From: Candidatus Latescibacterota bacterium
Lineage (GTDB): Bacteria; Latescibacterota; UBA2968; UBA8231
Reading direction: 5' to 3'
DNA: 64,000 bases
NCBI GenBank assembly: GCA_964291625.2
Contig: OZ220089.1
Location: 672,001-736,000 of the forward strand
This document shows, one piece after another, positions 11,069-20,853 of the stretch. A program made the translations under genes and the position numbers. The notes under the pieces are model-generated. The model was not told the DNA's origin. It saw nothing but the letters and a program-made list of their open reading frames with translations, and did no database searches. How positions within the stretch are numbered: the stretch's first letter is position 1; each line of letters opens with the position of its first letter.

Positions 11069-11076
11069 CTGGAAGC

Positions 11077-11108
11077 GTCCGCCGGGTCTCGCCCGAGACT
11101 CGGCGGAC
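11077..11108. terminator. GC-rich hairpin just after the array (possible terminator)
   Basis: GTCCGCCGGGTCTC-GCCC-GAGACTCGGCGGAC forms a 14-bp stem with one G-U pair. There is no U-tract. Confidence 0.4.
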
Positions 11109-11142
11109 ATTGGACGCACTCCGCGTACCTACTCGAGCTACT

Positions 11143-11331
11143 TTACGAATCTGCTCCAGTTCCGCCGGTTGATGCGGGGCACCCTGGGCTGACGTCCTGC
11201 CGCTCCACGTCTGAGTTGGCACGCTCCCGTTGAGTTCGCTTTCGGTCACGCTGAATCACTCGCCTCGCAATCCGATCGAACTCTTCAGAAAGAGTCTCCA
11301 GGCTTCGAGACTTCCTCTTCGTCCGTGCCAC
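11143..11331 (-). CDS. Small basic hypothetical protein (62 aa)
   Basis: GTG start preceded by a strong AAGGAGG at 8 nt spacing. Confidence 0.4.
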   Translation of the reverse strand: MARTKRKSRSLETLSEEFDRIARRVIQRDRKRTQRERANSDVERQDVSPGCPASTGGTGADS

Positions 11332-11512
11332 CAGTCCAGCCTCCTTTTCGCCAGGACACAGTGCCCCGGCGTGTGATGGCCATTCGTCCTCGTAACCCGA
11401 CGACCCCTCCCCGGGTGGGCCCGCCGGAGTTCGGCCTGTAGGGTCAGACTACGGATTGGCAGAGTGATGTCAACCGTGTCGCGGACGACCGGGGTGGGTC
11501 CAGGAAGCAGGC

Positions 11513-11577
11513 TTGACAATTCGGCACTCGACTCCCTTTTTATCATGATAATTCGGGAGTTAAATCCCGATTCATCA
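11513..11577 (+). promoter_or_regulatory. TTGACA plus two tandem 32-bp operator-like units upstream of the ATPase
   Basis: 11514-11545 TGACAATTCGGCACTCGACTCCCTTTTTATCA and 11546-11577 TGATAATTCGGGAGTTAAATCCCGATTCATCA. The second is a near-perfect palindrome. Confidence 0.6.
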
Positions 11578-12761
11578 TGTCCCTCCAGCGTCGCTACCTC
11601 CAGGCCCACATCCGGGAAGATCTCGACCGGCGTATGGTCTTCGTCGGCGGTCCCCGCCAGGTGGGCAAGACCACGCTGGCGCGTCTGCTGGGCGAGAACT
11701 TTGGCGCCACGACCTACCGGAACTGGGACCACCGCCCCCACCGGCAGGCCCTGCTCGAGGGGCACTGGCCTCCAAGTATCGACCTGCTCATCCTCGACGA
11801 GATCCACAAGTGGCCCCGGTGGAAGGGGCTGGTCAAGGGGCTGTGGGACACCCGTCCTTCGGGCGAGCGCATCATCGTCACGGGCAGCTCCCGGCTCGAT
11901 ATCTTCCGGCGCGGCGGCGATTCGCTTCTGGGGCGCTACCGCTACTACCGGCTCCATCCCTTCTCGCTGGCCGAGCTGAACGACCCCGGCGCCGCTGCCG
12001 CTCCCTTCCCCACCGCGCCGCCCACCCTGGACTTTGAGCAGGACGGCCGCCACCTGGATACCCTCCTCACCTTCGGCGGATTCCCCGAGCCCTGCCTCTC
12101 CGGACGCGAGCGCACCCTCAGGCGCTGGCAGAAGGAGCGCTTCGAGCGGGTCTTCCGGGAGGACATCCGCGAGACCGAGGCGGTGCGCTTCCTGGCCCGA
12201 GTCGAGCTGCTGGGCAGCCTGCTGCCGGGGCGGGTTGGCTCCCCCCTGCCGATCAGCAGCCTGGCCGAGGATGTCGAGGCCAGCCCCAAGACCGTTCGCA
12301 GCTGGATCGAGCTGCTGGCCCGCAACTACTACCTGTTCCGCGTGCCCCCCTGGCACCGGCGCCTCGAGAGGGCCCTCAAGAAGGAGTCGAAGTACTACCT
12401 GTGGGACTGGTCCGAGGTGAAGGAGAAAGGCCCCCGCTTCGAGAACATGGTCGCCGCCCACCTGCTGAAGCTCTGCCACTACTACGAGGACGCCCACGGC
12501 ATCGACGCGGCGCTCTACTACGTGCGCGACCAGCAGAAGCGGGAGGTCGACTTTCTGGTGGTGTGGGAGGGCGAGCCCTGGTTCCTGGTGGAGTGCAAGG
12601 CCGGCGCCCCAGGAGGACTCGGCCACCTGCGCTACTTCGGCGGCAAGCTGGAAGTCGAGCAGAGGTTCTGCGTCACCCCGTCAGACCAGCACGACTACCT
12701 GGATCTCAACACCGGCATCCGGGTGGTGCCTGCCCGCCGGTTCCTCATGGCGCTGGTGTGA
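11577..12761 (+). CDS. AAA ATPase with DUF4143 C-terminus
   Basis: GPRQVGKTT, LILDEIH, VTGSS, KYYLWD, FENMV and REVDF...LVECK. Confidence 0.9.
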   Translation: MSLQRRYLQAHIREDLDRRMVFVGGPRQVGKTTLARLLGENFGATTYRNWDHRPHRQALLEGHWPPSIDLLILDEIHKWPRWKGLVKGLWDTRPSGERIIVTGSSRLDIFRRGGDSLLGRYRYYRLHPFSLAELNDPGAAAAPFPTAPPTLDFEQDGRHLDTLLTFGGFPEPCLSGRERTLRRWQKERFERVFREDIRETEAVRFLARVELLGSLLPGRVGSPLPISSLAEDVEASPKTVRSWIELLARNYYLFRVPPWHRRLERALKKESKYYLWDWSEVKEKGPRFENMVAAHLLKLCHYYEDAHGIDAALYYVRDQQKREVDFLVVWEGEPWFLVECKAGAPGGLGHLRYFGGKLEVEQRFCVTPSDQHDYLDLNTGIRVVPARRFLMALV

Positions 12762-12795
12762 GCGACGTACGTTGCAGCGACTGCCGGACTGAGTG

Positions 12796-13596
12796 ATGAA
12801 CCTCGCATCCTTCACGGGCCCCCAGGCCTTCGGCAGGGCATACCGGCAGATGCTCGACAGCGATGCCCACGCCCCCGGCAGCGTCGATCGCGAGATCGCG
12901 TCGAGCATGGTGCGGCTCCGCGAGGAGACCGCCCCTTACCTCTACGACGCGTACACGGACCTGCGCATCGGGTATATCGCGGGATCTCGTCCAGGCCTCG
13001 AGAGTTTCCTCGCCCGGGCTGAGCCGTCACCCCCTGACCCTGAACGGCAGGTTGCCGCCATCGCCCAGCTCACGGCTGGCTTGGCCGCGAACAGCCGCCC
13101 CGGCGGACTGTCCGAGATGAGATTCGGAGGTAGCGAAGAGGAGATCATCGACAGGGGCTCCGACTGGTGCACCGACGTGGCTCGCGTGGGGTGCGCGCTC
13201 TATCAGGTGGCTGGATTCCCCTGCCGCATGGTGCATCTCTTCAACCTCCATGCAGCGTACAGCGGGCACGTGATCGTCGAGGTCCATCGGTCCGGGCCCT
13301 GGGGAGCCGTCGACACCAGCTCTGGCGTCGTCTACCGAAGTGCTGATGGACTCCCAGCAACGACCTGGGAGCTCATGAACGACGCCGAGCTGGTGACCCG
13401 GCACCAAGGCCCTGAGGCGTGGTACACACACCCGGAGCAGTTCGCGGCGGCGGGCATCGCCAACTACTACCTGTGGAATTGTGGTCGGTACGACTATACG
13501 GTCGCCGGCTTGAACGACTACTACCGCGCCATTCTGTCCATGGCCGACCGGGGCTGGCCGGGCGGCCTCCGCTGGCTCCATGGCGAGGACGGGTGA
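12796..13596 (+). CDS. Transglutaminase-like (Cys-His-Asp) protein
   Basis: WCTDVAR, SGHVIVEV and WGAVD give the transglutaminase core triad spacing. Confidence 0.7.
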   Translation: MNLASFTGPQAFGRAYRQMLDSDAHAPGSVDREIASSMVRLREETAPYLYDAYTDLRIGYIAGSRPGLESFLARAEPSPPDPERQVAAIAQLTAGLAANSRPGGLSEMRFGGSEEEIIDRGSDWCTDVARVGCALYQVAGFPCRMVHLFNLHAAYSGHVIVEVHRSGPWGAVDTSSGVVYRSADGLPATTWELMNDAELVTRHQGPEAWYTHPEQFAAAGIANYYLWNCGRYDYTVAGLNDYYRAILSMADRGWPGGLRWLHGEDG

Positions 13597-13614
13597 ACAC
13601 GGAGTTCGAGTCCC

Positions 13615-14352
13615 ATGAAACGGTCTGACACGTCAGAGGAAGGCGACCGTTACTTCGCCGCCGTGGCCGGGTCGTACGATCGGCTCCAGCCCGTGCTGAG
13701 TCCTCCCTACGAGAAGGGCCTTGGGATGATCGTCGATCTCATCCCCTTCGATCCAGAGGAGACCTTCGAGTTCGTCGATCTCGGGTGCGGCACGGCGGAA
13801 CCGAGCCTTCGCGTGCTGCAGCACTTCCCGCAGGCCACCGGTACATGCATCGACGGCGAGCCGGGGATGCTCTCCATGGCCAGGAAGAAGCTCGCCGCCT
13901 TTGAAGGCCGGGCGGAGGTGCTGCAGGGGGACATGACCCGCTGCGAGATCCCCGGGTGCGACGTGGTGCTCTCGGCCAAGGCCGTTCACCACGTGCCCCC
14001 GGACCACCTCTCCGCCCTCTTCGCCAGGGTCCGCGGCGCCCTCCGGCCCGGCGGATGCTTCATCCTCTACGACGCCATATCAGTTGGACCGACCTGGGGA
14101 CCGGTTGCCCGGCTGCAGGCGTCGCGCTTCCGCCAGCGTCACGTTCAGAAGGCCATCGACTCGGGGATCGCCACCCGCGAGGAGATCGAGCGCAGGCAGG
14201 GCTACAAGCGGCGGATGAAGGCCGCGGGAAAGGACGTCGAGTACAAGCACGACGCCGAGGGCTTGATGCGCAGGATGGAGAAGGCCGGGTTCGACGAGGT
14301 CTCCGTCGCCTGGCGGATGTTCGCCGACACGATCCTGGTGGCCTTCAGCTAA
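13615..14352 (+). CDS. Class I SAM-dependent methyltransferase
   Basis: VDLGCGTA, AVHH and LRPGG. Confidence 0.88.
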   Translation: MKRSDTSEEGDRYFAAVAGSYDRLQPVLSPPYEKGLGMIVDLIPFDPEETFEFVDLGCGTAEPSLRVLQHFPQATGTCIDGEPGMLSMARKKLAAFEGRAEVLQGDMTRCEIPGCDVVLSAKAVHHVPPDHLSALFARVRGALRPGGCFILYDAISVGPTWGPVARLQASRFRQRHVQKAIDSGIATREEIERRQGYKRRMKAAGKDVEYKHDAEGLMRRMEKAGFDEVSVAWRMFADTILVAFS

Positions 14353-14546
14353 GAGGACCGGACCGGAGCGGCGGCGCCTCGAAGGCCCGGCGCATGCACC
14401 CCTGCCCGGTTACGGCAGGCGCCTCGACCCAGGCCTACGAGATCGCCAGGAAGGTCATGCGGCTCCCTCCTCGGACGGAGCCCGAACGCGTCCGACAGAC
14501 CGCCGACCAGACGCGGGGACAGATTCTCGTCAAAGAGGAACTTCAC
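14349..14546 (-). pseudogene. DUF5615 PIN-like toxin remnant
   Basis: MKFLFDENLSPRLV is a typical N-terminus. Similarity is lost after about 21 aa. Confidence 0.75.
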
Positions 14547-14573
14547 CCGGGCGGGATGGAAACGAGCCTGCGT

Positions 14574-14771
14574 TCACGCTCCGCCGCGAAGGCGAGGCGC
14601 CGCCCGGATGTCGGCGCGCTCCAAGTCCGGAAAGTCGGCCAGTATCTCCGCTTCCGTCATCCCGGCTGCCAGGTATTCGAGGACATCGTACACCGTGATC
14701 CTGAGCCCGCGAATGCACGGCTTCCCGCCCCTCTTCCCCGGCTCCAGCGTGATGCGATCCAGTCTGCTCAT
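14574..14771 (-). pseudogene. DUF433 antitoxin, probably frameshifted at the 3' end
   Basis: RITLEPGKRGGKPCIRGLRITVYDVLEYLAAG...ILADFPDLERADIRA. Confidence 0.85.
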
Positions 14772-14871
14772 GCCTTGTACAATACCCGGTGGCCGAGTCG
14801 AAGGTCAATTGTCGCCGTTCGGCGCTGGGATGGCACGCCCATGTTCGCCGACACGATCCTGTTGGCCTCGC

Positions 14872-16206
14872 TCAACCGCCCCCCGTCCACTTGAGATACA
14901 GGTTGACGGCGGTGAAGTTGACGATCGCCCAGAGGCTGGCCAGCAGGCCCAGCTCCAGCCACATCGACATGCGCCGGTCCCGCGCCTCGCGCATGGCCAG
15001 GTGGAGGACGCCGAAGGCCAGGGGGATGAGCAGCAGGTTGTTGGCGTTGGCCCCGAGCAGCACCAGCAGGAAGGGCGTGTCCGACTTCACCAGGATGACG
15101 CACAGCCAGAAGGCCGGGAAGGCCACCTGCAGGGCGCGGGCGACGCGCATGCGTCCGGCCTCGCCGGCGGCGGCGGGCAGCTTCAGGCGCTGCAGGAGGT
15201 CGGCGCCGATCCGTCCCGAGCTGGCGGCGAAGACCAGCAGGGTCGAGAACAGGGTGCAGAAGGCGCCGAACATGAAGACCGCCTTGGCCGCCGGCCCCAG
15301 GGTCTCGGTGAAGATCAGGGAGACCCGGTCGGCCACGTCGATGCCGGCGGGCAGGACCTGCAGCCGCGACAGGACGGAGGCGCCGAGCAGGTAGTAGGCG
15401 CAGGTGATCGCCAGGGCGATCGCCGTGCACACCCCGGCGTCGGTGGCCAGGACCCGCATCCAGCCGCGGTAGCGGGCGCGCCACTCGGGGGTGCCGTCGT
15501 CGGGGCCGACGAAGCGCGGGTAGCCCTTCTCGCGCACCCAGTAGGGATACATGAACAGCTCCACCGCCGTGGCCCCCACCGAGCCCATGACGGCCAGGGC
15601 CACGAAGGCCCCCTCGGCGGGCATCTCGAAGCGGAACCCCGAGGCCAGCTCGGCCGCCGACATGGCGTGGGGGGTGGTCTGCAGCACGATCAGGCAGCCG
15701 ATGACGATGGTGCTGAAGGTCGCCACCAGGACGGTGACCATCTTCTCCAGGTCCTGGTAGAGCCCCCGCCACAGCAACACTGTCAGTACCACGAAGACCA
15801 GCACCGCCCACACCTGGTGGGAGAGGACGGGCAGGACCGTCTGCAACAGGCCGGCCACCGAGCCGAGGATGCCGATGACGGCGATGAAGACCGAGAAGTA
15901 GCCGGCCACGCAGATCCAGGTGGCCAGCGAGACGCCGCCGGGGCGGAACCCGGGGAGCCGGTCGAGGGCGTCGATGGTGGTGTCGTCGTGGAGCAGGCAC
16001 TGGCGGCCCAGCTCCAGCTGGATGAAGAACTTGATGACGCAGGCCAGGATCACTCCCCAGAGGAAGACGAACCCGACCTCGGCGCCCATGCGGGTGGTGA
16101 CCAGCAGCTCGCCGGAGCCGACCACCGAGCCGGAGACCACGACCCCCGGGCCGATGTTGCGCAGCAGGCCCCACAAGCCCCGGGGCGGCGGGCGCCCGGC
16201 GCTCAC
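14872..16206 (-). CDS. NRAMP-like (YcsG-type) membrane transporter
   Basis: IGPGVVVSGSVVGSGEL, many TM segments, YPYWVREKG and TLFST. Confidence 0.8.
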   Translation of the reverse strand: MSAGRPPPRGLWGLLRNIGPGVVVSGSVVGSGELLVTTRMGAEVGFVFLWGVILACVIKFFIQLELGRQCLLHDDTTIDALDRLPGFRPGGVSLATWICVAGYFSVFIAVIGILGSVAGLLQTVLPVLSHQVWAVLVFVVLTVLLWRGLYQDLEKMVTVLVATFSTIVIGCLIVLQTTPHAMSAAELASGFRFEMPAEGAFVALAVMGSVGATAVELFMYPYWVREKGYPRFVGPDDGTPEWRARYRGWMRVLATDAGVCTAIALAITCAYYLLGASVLSRLQVLPAGIDVADRVSLIFTETLGPAAKAVFMFGAFCTLFSTLLVFAASSGRIGADLLQRLKLPAAAGEAGRMRVARALQVAFPAFWLCVILVKSDTPFLLVLLGANANNLLLIPLAFGVLHLAMREARDRRMSMWLELGLLASLWAIVNFTAVNLYLKWTGGG

Positions 16207-16529
16207 GTGCGATTCTCCGGGCGGACAGCGGCCCGGCCGCGGGGGAACTCGCCGCCCTGTCGCGCGGCTCGAGCCCCGAGCTCCGGGCGGGCGCGGCTCC
16301 GGCGCCCCGGGAGTCCCTGGTCGCCCCCGGCCGCGGGGCGGGTCCCGGGCTCGCCCGGGGTGGCCTCTTGTCCGGCGATCGGCATTGCCATCGGTCCTCC
16401 TCCAGATGAGCGTCGGCCCTCATCTACGCAGATCGCCGCCGTTCCGGCAAGGGAGGATCGCACCCAGGCTCGCCCGCCTTGCCCTTTGGCGGGGGTCCGG
16501 CTTTCGTTGGCCGCAGGAAAGGAGCCGCC

Positions 16530-17282
16530 ATGCTGTCCACCGAGCAGACCGAACGCTTTCACGACGAGGGATACCTGATCCTGGATCCGTGCCTGGAGGA
16601 GGGGGAGGTGGAGGCCCTGCGCGAGCGCGTGCGGGGGATCGCCGACGGCGAGGTCGATTTCCCCGAGAGCTCCGTCGAGTACGAGCCCGGGGCCTCGGGC
16701 CGGCGCATGGATCACCTTCGCAAGATCAACCACCCCAGCCGCCACGACCCGTTCTTCGTCGACCACGCCCGCCATCCGCGCATCCTCGAGGCGATGGTCG
16801 ACCTCCTGGGCGAGGACGTGAAGCTCTTCGGCGACCAGCTCTTCATGAAGCCCCCCGGCGGCATCGAGAAGACCTACCACCAGGACTGCCCCTACTTCCC
16901 CGTCCGCCCCATGGAGGTGATCACCGCCTGGGTCGCCCTCGACGAGGTGACCCTGGAGAACGGCTGCATGTACGTGGTCCCCGGCAGCCACAAGCTCGGC
17001 GCCGTCGACCACAGCGAGCCGTGGATGGTGGGCGAGCGCAAGGACATGAAGATCCCCGACGCCGCCATCGACCGGGAGCGGGAGCGGCCCGTGACCCTGC
17101 GGGCCGGAGGCTGCTCCTTCCACCACGGCCTGATCCAGCACCGCTCCGGCGCCAACCGCACCCGGAGCTTCCGCCGCGGCCTGGCCACCCACTACATGAC
17201 GGCCAAGTCCCGCTGGACCGGCGAGGGCGAGCAGCCGAGCTACCACCTGCTCAGCGGCCGCGAGTACGAGGGCTGCGTCTGA
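16530..17282 (+). CDS. Phytanoyl-CoA dioxygenase (PhyH) family
   Basis: FMKPP, HQD, ITAWVALD, ENGC..VVPGSH and HRSGAN. RBS AAGGAG precedes ATG 16530. Confidence 0.9.
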   Translation: MLSTEQTERFHDEGYLILDPCLEEGEVEALRERVRGIADGEVDFPESSVEYEPGASGRRMDHLRKINHPSRHDPFFVDHARHPRILEAMVDLLGEDVKLFGDQLFMKPPGGIEKTYHQDCPYFPVRPMEVITAWVALDEVTLENGCMYVVPGSHKLGAVDHSEPWMVGERKDMKIPDAAIDRERERPVTLRAGGCSFHHGLIQHRSGANRTRSFRRGLATHYMTAKSRWTGEGEQPSYHLLSGREYEGCV

Positions 17283-17437
17283 GCGCCGGCGCCTGAAACG
17301 GCCCTCCGGTGACCTTCCGAGCCCGCCCGGGCCCGCGGATCCCGACGATCACCAGCTCGGCGCCGGGCCAGACCTCCTTCAGCTCCCAAGCGTTGGCGAT
17401 CGGCGCCTGGGCCGCGGCCACCTGACTCGTTGCCGCC

Positions 17438-18460
17438 TCAGGCCGGCGCCCGGCGGTCGAGATTCTCCAGAAGCTCCCGGGCCTTCTCGCGGCGCCCGGG
17501 GTCCTTGTCGCGGGCGACGATCCGCTGCAGGGCCGAGCGCGCCCGCGGGTCCCCCTTCTCCGCCATCTCCATGGCCATGGCGTCCCGCCTGTGGTGGTAG
17601 CTGAGATCGTACTCCTTCAGGTCCAGAGTGTGCCCCTCCCAGTAGTAGCGGTACGGCGAGTCGGCCGGCCAGCCGGCGTAGATCTCCTCCCACGTCTGGG
17701 GACGGGTGAAGGGCATCAGCGTCTCCGGGGTGATCGGGTCGCCGACGCGCTGGAAGCGGGCGTCGAGGGACATGCGCAGGCTCTCGGAGACGTTCGGCAC
17801 CCCCCGGTGCACGGCGAGGCTGTGGAAGAACAGGACGTCCCCCTGGGCGAAGGGCCCCCCGCGCCAGGTGCCGTCGAAGGAGCGGGTGATTTCGATGCCG
17901 CCGGCGCCGAGTCCCGGCCGGAAGTCGTAGACCCCGCCCAGGTGCGAGCCCTCGGCGATCTGCACGCCCCCCATCTCCGCGGACAGGTCCGAGAGCGGGA
18001 TCCAGGCGGTGTAGGTCGATTCCGTGCCCTGGATGGGGATGAAGTCCTGGTGCGGAGGCGTCGTGTACGCCTCCCGCTGCGGGAAGATGGCCCGCGGGAT
18101 CAGCCGAGGGTGGGGCAGGATCTCGGCGCCGCCGCAGAGGCGTCCGATCAGGTCGAGCAGCCCGGGGTCGTGCTGCAGGGCGTGGAACTCCTCCAGCCCG
18201 TGGACGGCGCGGATCACGGCCATGTACTCCGGCTGCGGCTCGACGGTGAAACCCTCGAGGTCGGCCACGGCCTCGGCGGGGTCCGTGCCCTCCAGGAGCC
18301 AGCCGGCGTCGCCGGCGAAGTCCAGGAAGCGCCGGCGGACGCGCTCCAAGTGGTCCGCGGGCAGCAGGCCGGGCACGAAGAGGTAGCCGTCGCGGGCCAT
18401 GCGCCGCGCCAGCTCGGGGCCGTCGTCCACGGCGTCGGTGGAATCGAGAAACGGTTTCAC
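17438..18460 (-). CDS. PhyH family dioxygenase
   Basis: RDGYL, TPPHQD, YTAWIPL, GSH, GDVLFFHSLAVH and RMSLDARF. Confidence 0.88.
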   Translation of the reverse strand: MKPFLDSTDAVDDGPELARRMARDGYLFVPGLLPADHLERVRRRFLDFAGDAGWLLEGTDPAEAVADLEGFTVEPQPEYMAVIRAVHGLEEFHALQHDPGLLDLIGRLCGGAEILPHPRLIPRAIFPQREAYTTPPHQDFIPIQGTESTYTAWIPLSDLSAEMGGVQIAEGSHLGGVYDFRPGLGAGGIEITRSFDGTWRGGPFAQGDVLFFHSLAVHRGVPNVSESLRMSLDARFQRVGDPITPETLMPFTRPQTWEEIYAGWPADSPYRYYWEGHTLDLKEYDLSYHHRRDAMAMEMAEKGDPRARSALQRIVARDKDPGRREKARELLENLDRRAPA

Positions 18461-18867
18461 GCTCTTCCCCCAGGTGACGGTGTGGGACGGGTTGCGGCGT
18501 CAAAGGTAGGACATGGCGGAGGGGACCCGCAGGCGCCGCCACCGGGCTCTGCGCCTCCTTGCCGGCGCCTGCGCCCGGGATCTGTTGTCGGCTCTCGCCG
18601 CGGCCCCCGCGCCTGGCATCGGCCGCCCGGCCACCGCCGGGAGACGAGGGCGGGAGGGGATCCGCGGACGGCAGTGGGCCGCGGCAACTCCTTGGCCCCT
18701 CGTTCGCCCCCGGATATGTTGTCGGCTCCGTTGCGGCCGCCACCCGCCTGGGCCCGGTCTCTACTGACGGCATCGGGTTTGCCTTCGGCCCATCGCAGCC
18801 GCTGGCCCCCCGTCGGCGGCGTCCACCGCCGGCCGTCACCATGTTGTCGGCTCGCCGCCGACAAGCC

Positions 18868-20769
18868 ATGACCCACCTCATCCGGAGGACCACGATCATG
18901 TTGCACGCCATGGCGCCCGATCAGCCCCTCCTCCTGCGGACCCGCCTCTCCCTGTGCCTCGTGGCCGCCGCCGGGATGCTCGCACTCGCCGCCCTTCCCG
19001 CCGGCGCGGAGACCCTGCACAAGGGGCCGGGCCTGCTGCTCGAGGACCGCGACGGCCGCATCTACGCCGCGGTCCCCGGTCCGGCGGCCGTGGTCATCCG
19101 GGGCGGCGACGAGGACCGCTGGGAAGTCCTCGCCGAGGGCCGCCTCGGGGGCCTGCAGGTCACCCCCGACGGCGACCTGTGGATGGCCCTCGGGGACGAG
19201 GTCCTCCGCTACCCGCGGGCCGGGGGCGCCCCCGTATCCCGGACGCCGTCCTTCCGTCCGGAGGGGCCGCCGGGGCGGATGCTGGCCACCCGCTGGGGAG
19301 ACGTCTGGTGCGCCGGCTGCGCCGACGTGCGGCTGGGCGACGCCATGTTCCAGGCCGCGCCCCTGGCCCCGCCGGGGTGGGAGGTCACGCCGGTCTGCGA
19401 CGACCCCTTCGGCAACGTCTGGGCCGTGGCCGCGCACGGCGAGCGGCTGGACCTGGCCGTGCTCAGCGACCGGGGCCCCCACGCCTGGCAGCTCCTCGAC
19501 CTGCCCGCCGACCTTCTCGCCGGCCCGTGGTGGGACGCCGCCACCGACGACGCCGGCTTCGTCTGGGCGGCGGTGGACAACTCCCTCGTGCGCGCCGACG
19601 CGCGCTCCGCCGGCCACCGCTCCTTCGCCAATCCCGCCGACTCCCCCATCACCGCCATCGGCCGCGGCGGCGGCCAACTGCTGGTGGGCTTCGCCGACGG
19701 CAGCCTGCGGGAGCTGGTGGTGAACGCCGACGATCCTCCCGAGTGGCGGGACGTGCTGCCGGCCGGGGAGGGTCCGGTGCAGGCCCTGCTCCACGCCGGC
19801 TCCGGCGGTCTGTGGGTGCTCAGGGCGGGAGAGGTCCAGCGCTTCGCCGATCTCGAGAAGCCCTGGCACGAGCACTGGGAGGAACTGCCCTTCATGCCGG
19901 CGGGCAACCACGACAACATCTTCGCCCGCATCGGCGACCGCCTCTACACCGCCGGCGGCAAGACCTTCTTCGGCTGGCCCGCCGACGAGTGGGTCAACCT
20001 CGACCACGTCTGGTCCTACGACATCCCCTCCGGCACCTGGCGCGTGGAGGCGCCCATGCTGGAGCCGGGCAAGGCCTACTCCGGCATCGCCGTCCTCGAT
20101 GACGAGCTGTGGCTCCTGGGGGGCCTCTTCCGCCACGGCGAGGGCGACGCCACGCGGCCCACGGCGACGGTGGAGATCTTCGATCCGGCCACGCAGCGCT
20201 ACCGTCTCGGCCCGCCCCTGCCCCAGAAGGCCGGCCAGGTGGTGGCCCTGAGCACCGGGGGGCGGCTCTACGGCGTCGGCGGCTCCGCCGAGGAAGGCCA
20301 CCTGGCGCAGCTGCTCAGCATCGGCCCCGGGGAGTCGGACTGGCGCGTCGACGCGCCGCCCCCCGGCACGGTCTACCAGGCCAGCGGCTGCGTCCTGAAC
20401 GGCCGGCTCTACATCGCCGCGGGACCGAAGAGCCAGTGTCCCGGCCTGTTCATCTACGACCCCGGGCGAGACGAGTGGAGCGAGGTGGACCACCCGGTCA
20501 AGGCGCCCAATGCCCCCCTGTGCACGGCCTTCGAGAATCGCGTCTGGGTGCTGGGCGGGCGCGCCGACGGGGGCCGCACCGAGAGCTACGCCTACGACCC
20601 GAGCAGCGGCGAGTGGACCCGGGGCCCGGACCTGCCCCTCGAGCTGAGCTGGGCGGCGGCGGCCGACGCCGACGGCCGGCTGCTGATCGCCGGCGGGGCG
20701 TTCTGGGACGACCGCGTCAACGATGTGCTCAACACCGACCGGGTCTTCCTGATGCGGGCGGGCCCGTAG
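18868..20769 (+). CDS. Secreted beta-propeller / Kelch repeat protein
   Basis: Signal-like N-terminus and Kelch motifs LYTAGG, LWLLGG, LYGVGG, VWVLGG with YDP...W. The start is uncertain (18868 or 18910). Confidence 0.8.
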   Translation: MTHLIRRTTIMLHAMAPDQPLLLRTRLSLCLVAAAGMLALAALPAGAETLHKGPGLLLEDRDGRIYAAVPGPAAVVIRGGDEDRWEVLAEGRLGGLQVTPDGDLWMALGDEVLRYPRAGGAPVSRTPSFRPEGPPGRMLATRWGDVWCAGCADVRLGDAMFQAAPLAPPGWEVTPVCDDPFGNVWAVAAHGERLDLAVLSDRGPHAWQLLDLPADLLAGPWWDAATDDAGFVWAAVDNSLVRADARSAGHRSFANPADSPITAIGRGGGQLLVGFADGSLRELVVNADDPPEWRDVLPAGEGPVQALLHAGSGGLWVLRAGEVQRFADLEKPWHEHWEELPFMPAGNHDNIFARIGDRLYTAGGKTFFGWPADEWVNLDHVWSYDIPSGTWRVEAPMLEPGKAYSGIAVLDDELWLLGGLFRHGEGDATRPTATVEIFDPATQRYRLGPPLPQKAGQVVALSTGGRLYGVGGSAEEGHLAQLLSIGPGESDWRVDAPPPGTVYQASGCVLNGRLYIAAGPKSQCPGLFIYDPGRDEWSEVDHPVKAPNAPLCTAFENRVWVLGGRADGGRTESYAYDPSSGEWTRGPDLPLELSWAAAADADGRLLIAGGAFWDDRVNDVLNTDRVFLMRAGP

Positions 20770-20853
20770 TCGGAAGGGCAAGACCCGGCACCGAAGATTT
20801 CGCCCAGGGCGGCGATGCTTCTCAGGCGGCTTCCGACGGTCGGTCTCGGACCG

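Larger units (their letters stand above)
14317..14868 (+). repeat. 28-bp direct repeat of the methyltransferase 3' end (14317-14344 / 14841-14868)
   Basis: ATGTTCGCCGACACGATCCTG(G/T)TGGCCT, one mismatch. The two copies bracket the TA remnant. Confidence 0.85.

Noticed and set aside
7299-11249. Long ORFs with repeating RSTKAGAFTPAT / LNEGRGVHPGDT / VAGVNAPAFVER
   Set aside because: These are translations of CRISPR repeats, not proteins.
11577-14352. ATPase, transglutaminase-like and methyltransferase genes as CRISPR ancillary genes
   Set aside because: They have their own promoter region, belong to common families, and show no CARF/WYL or other link to Cas function.
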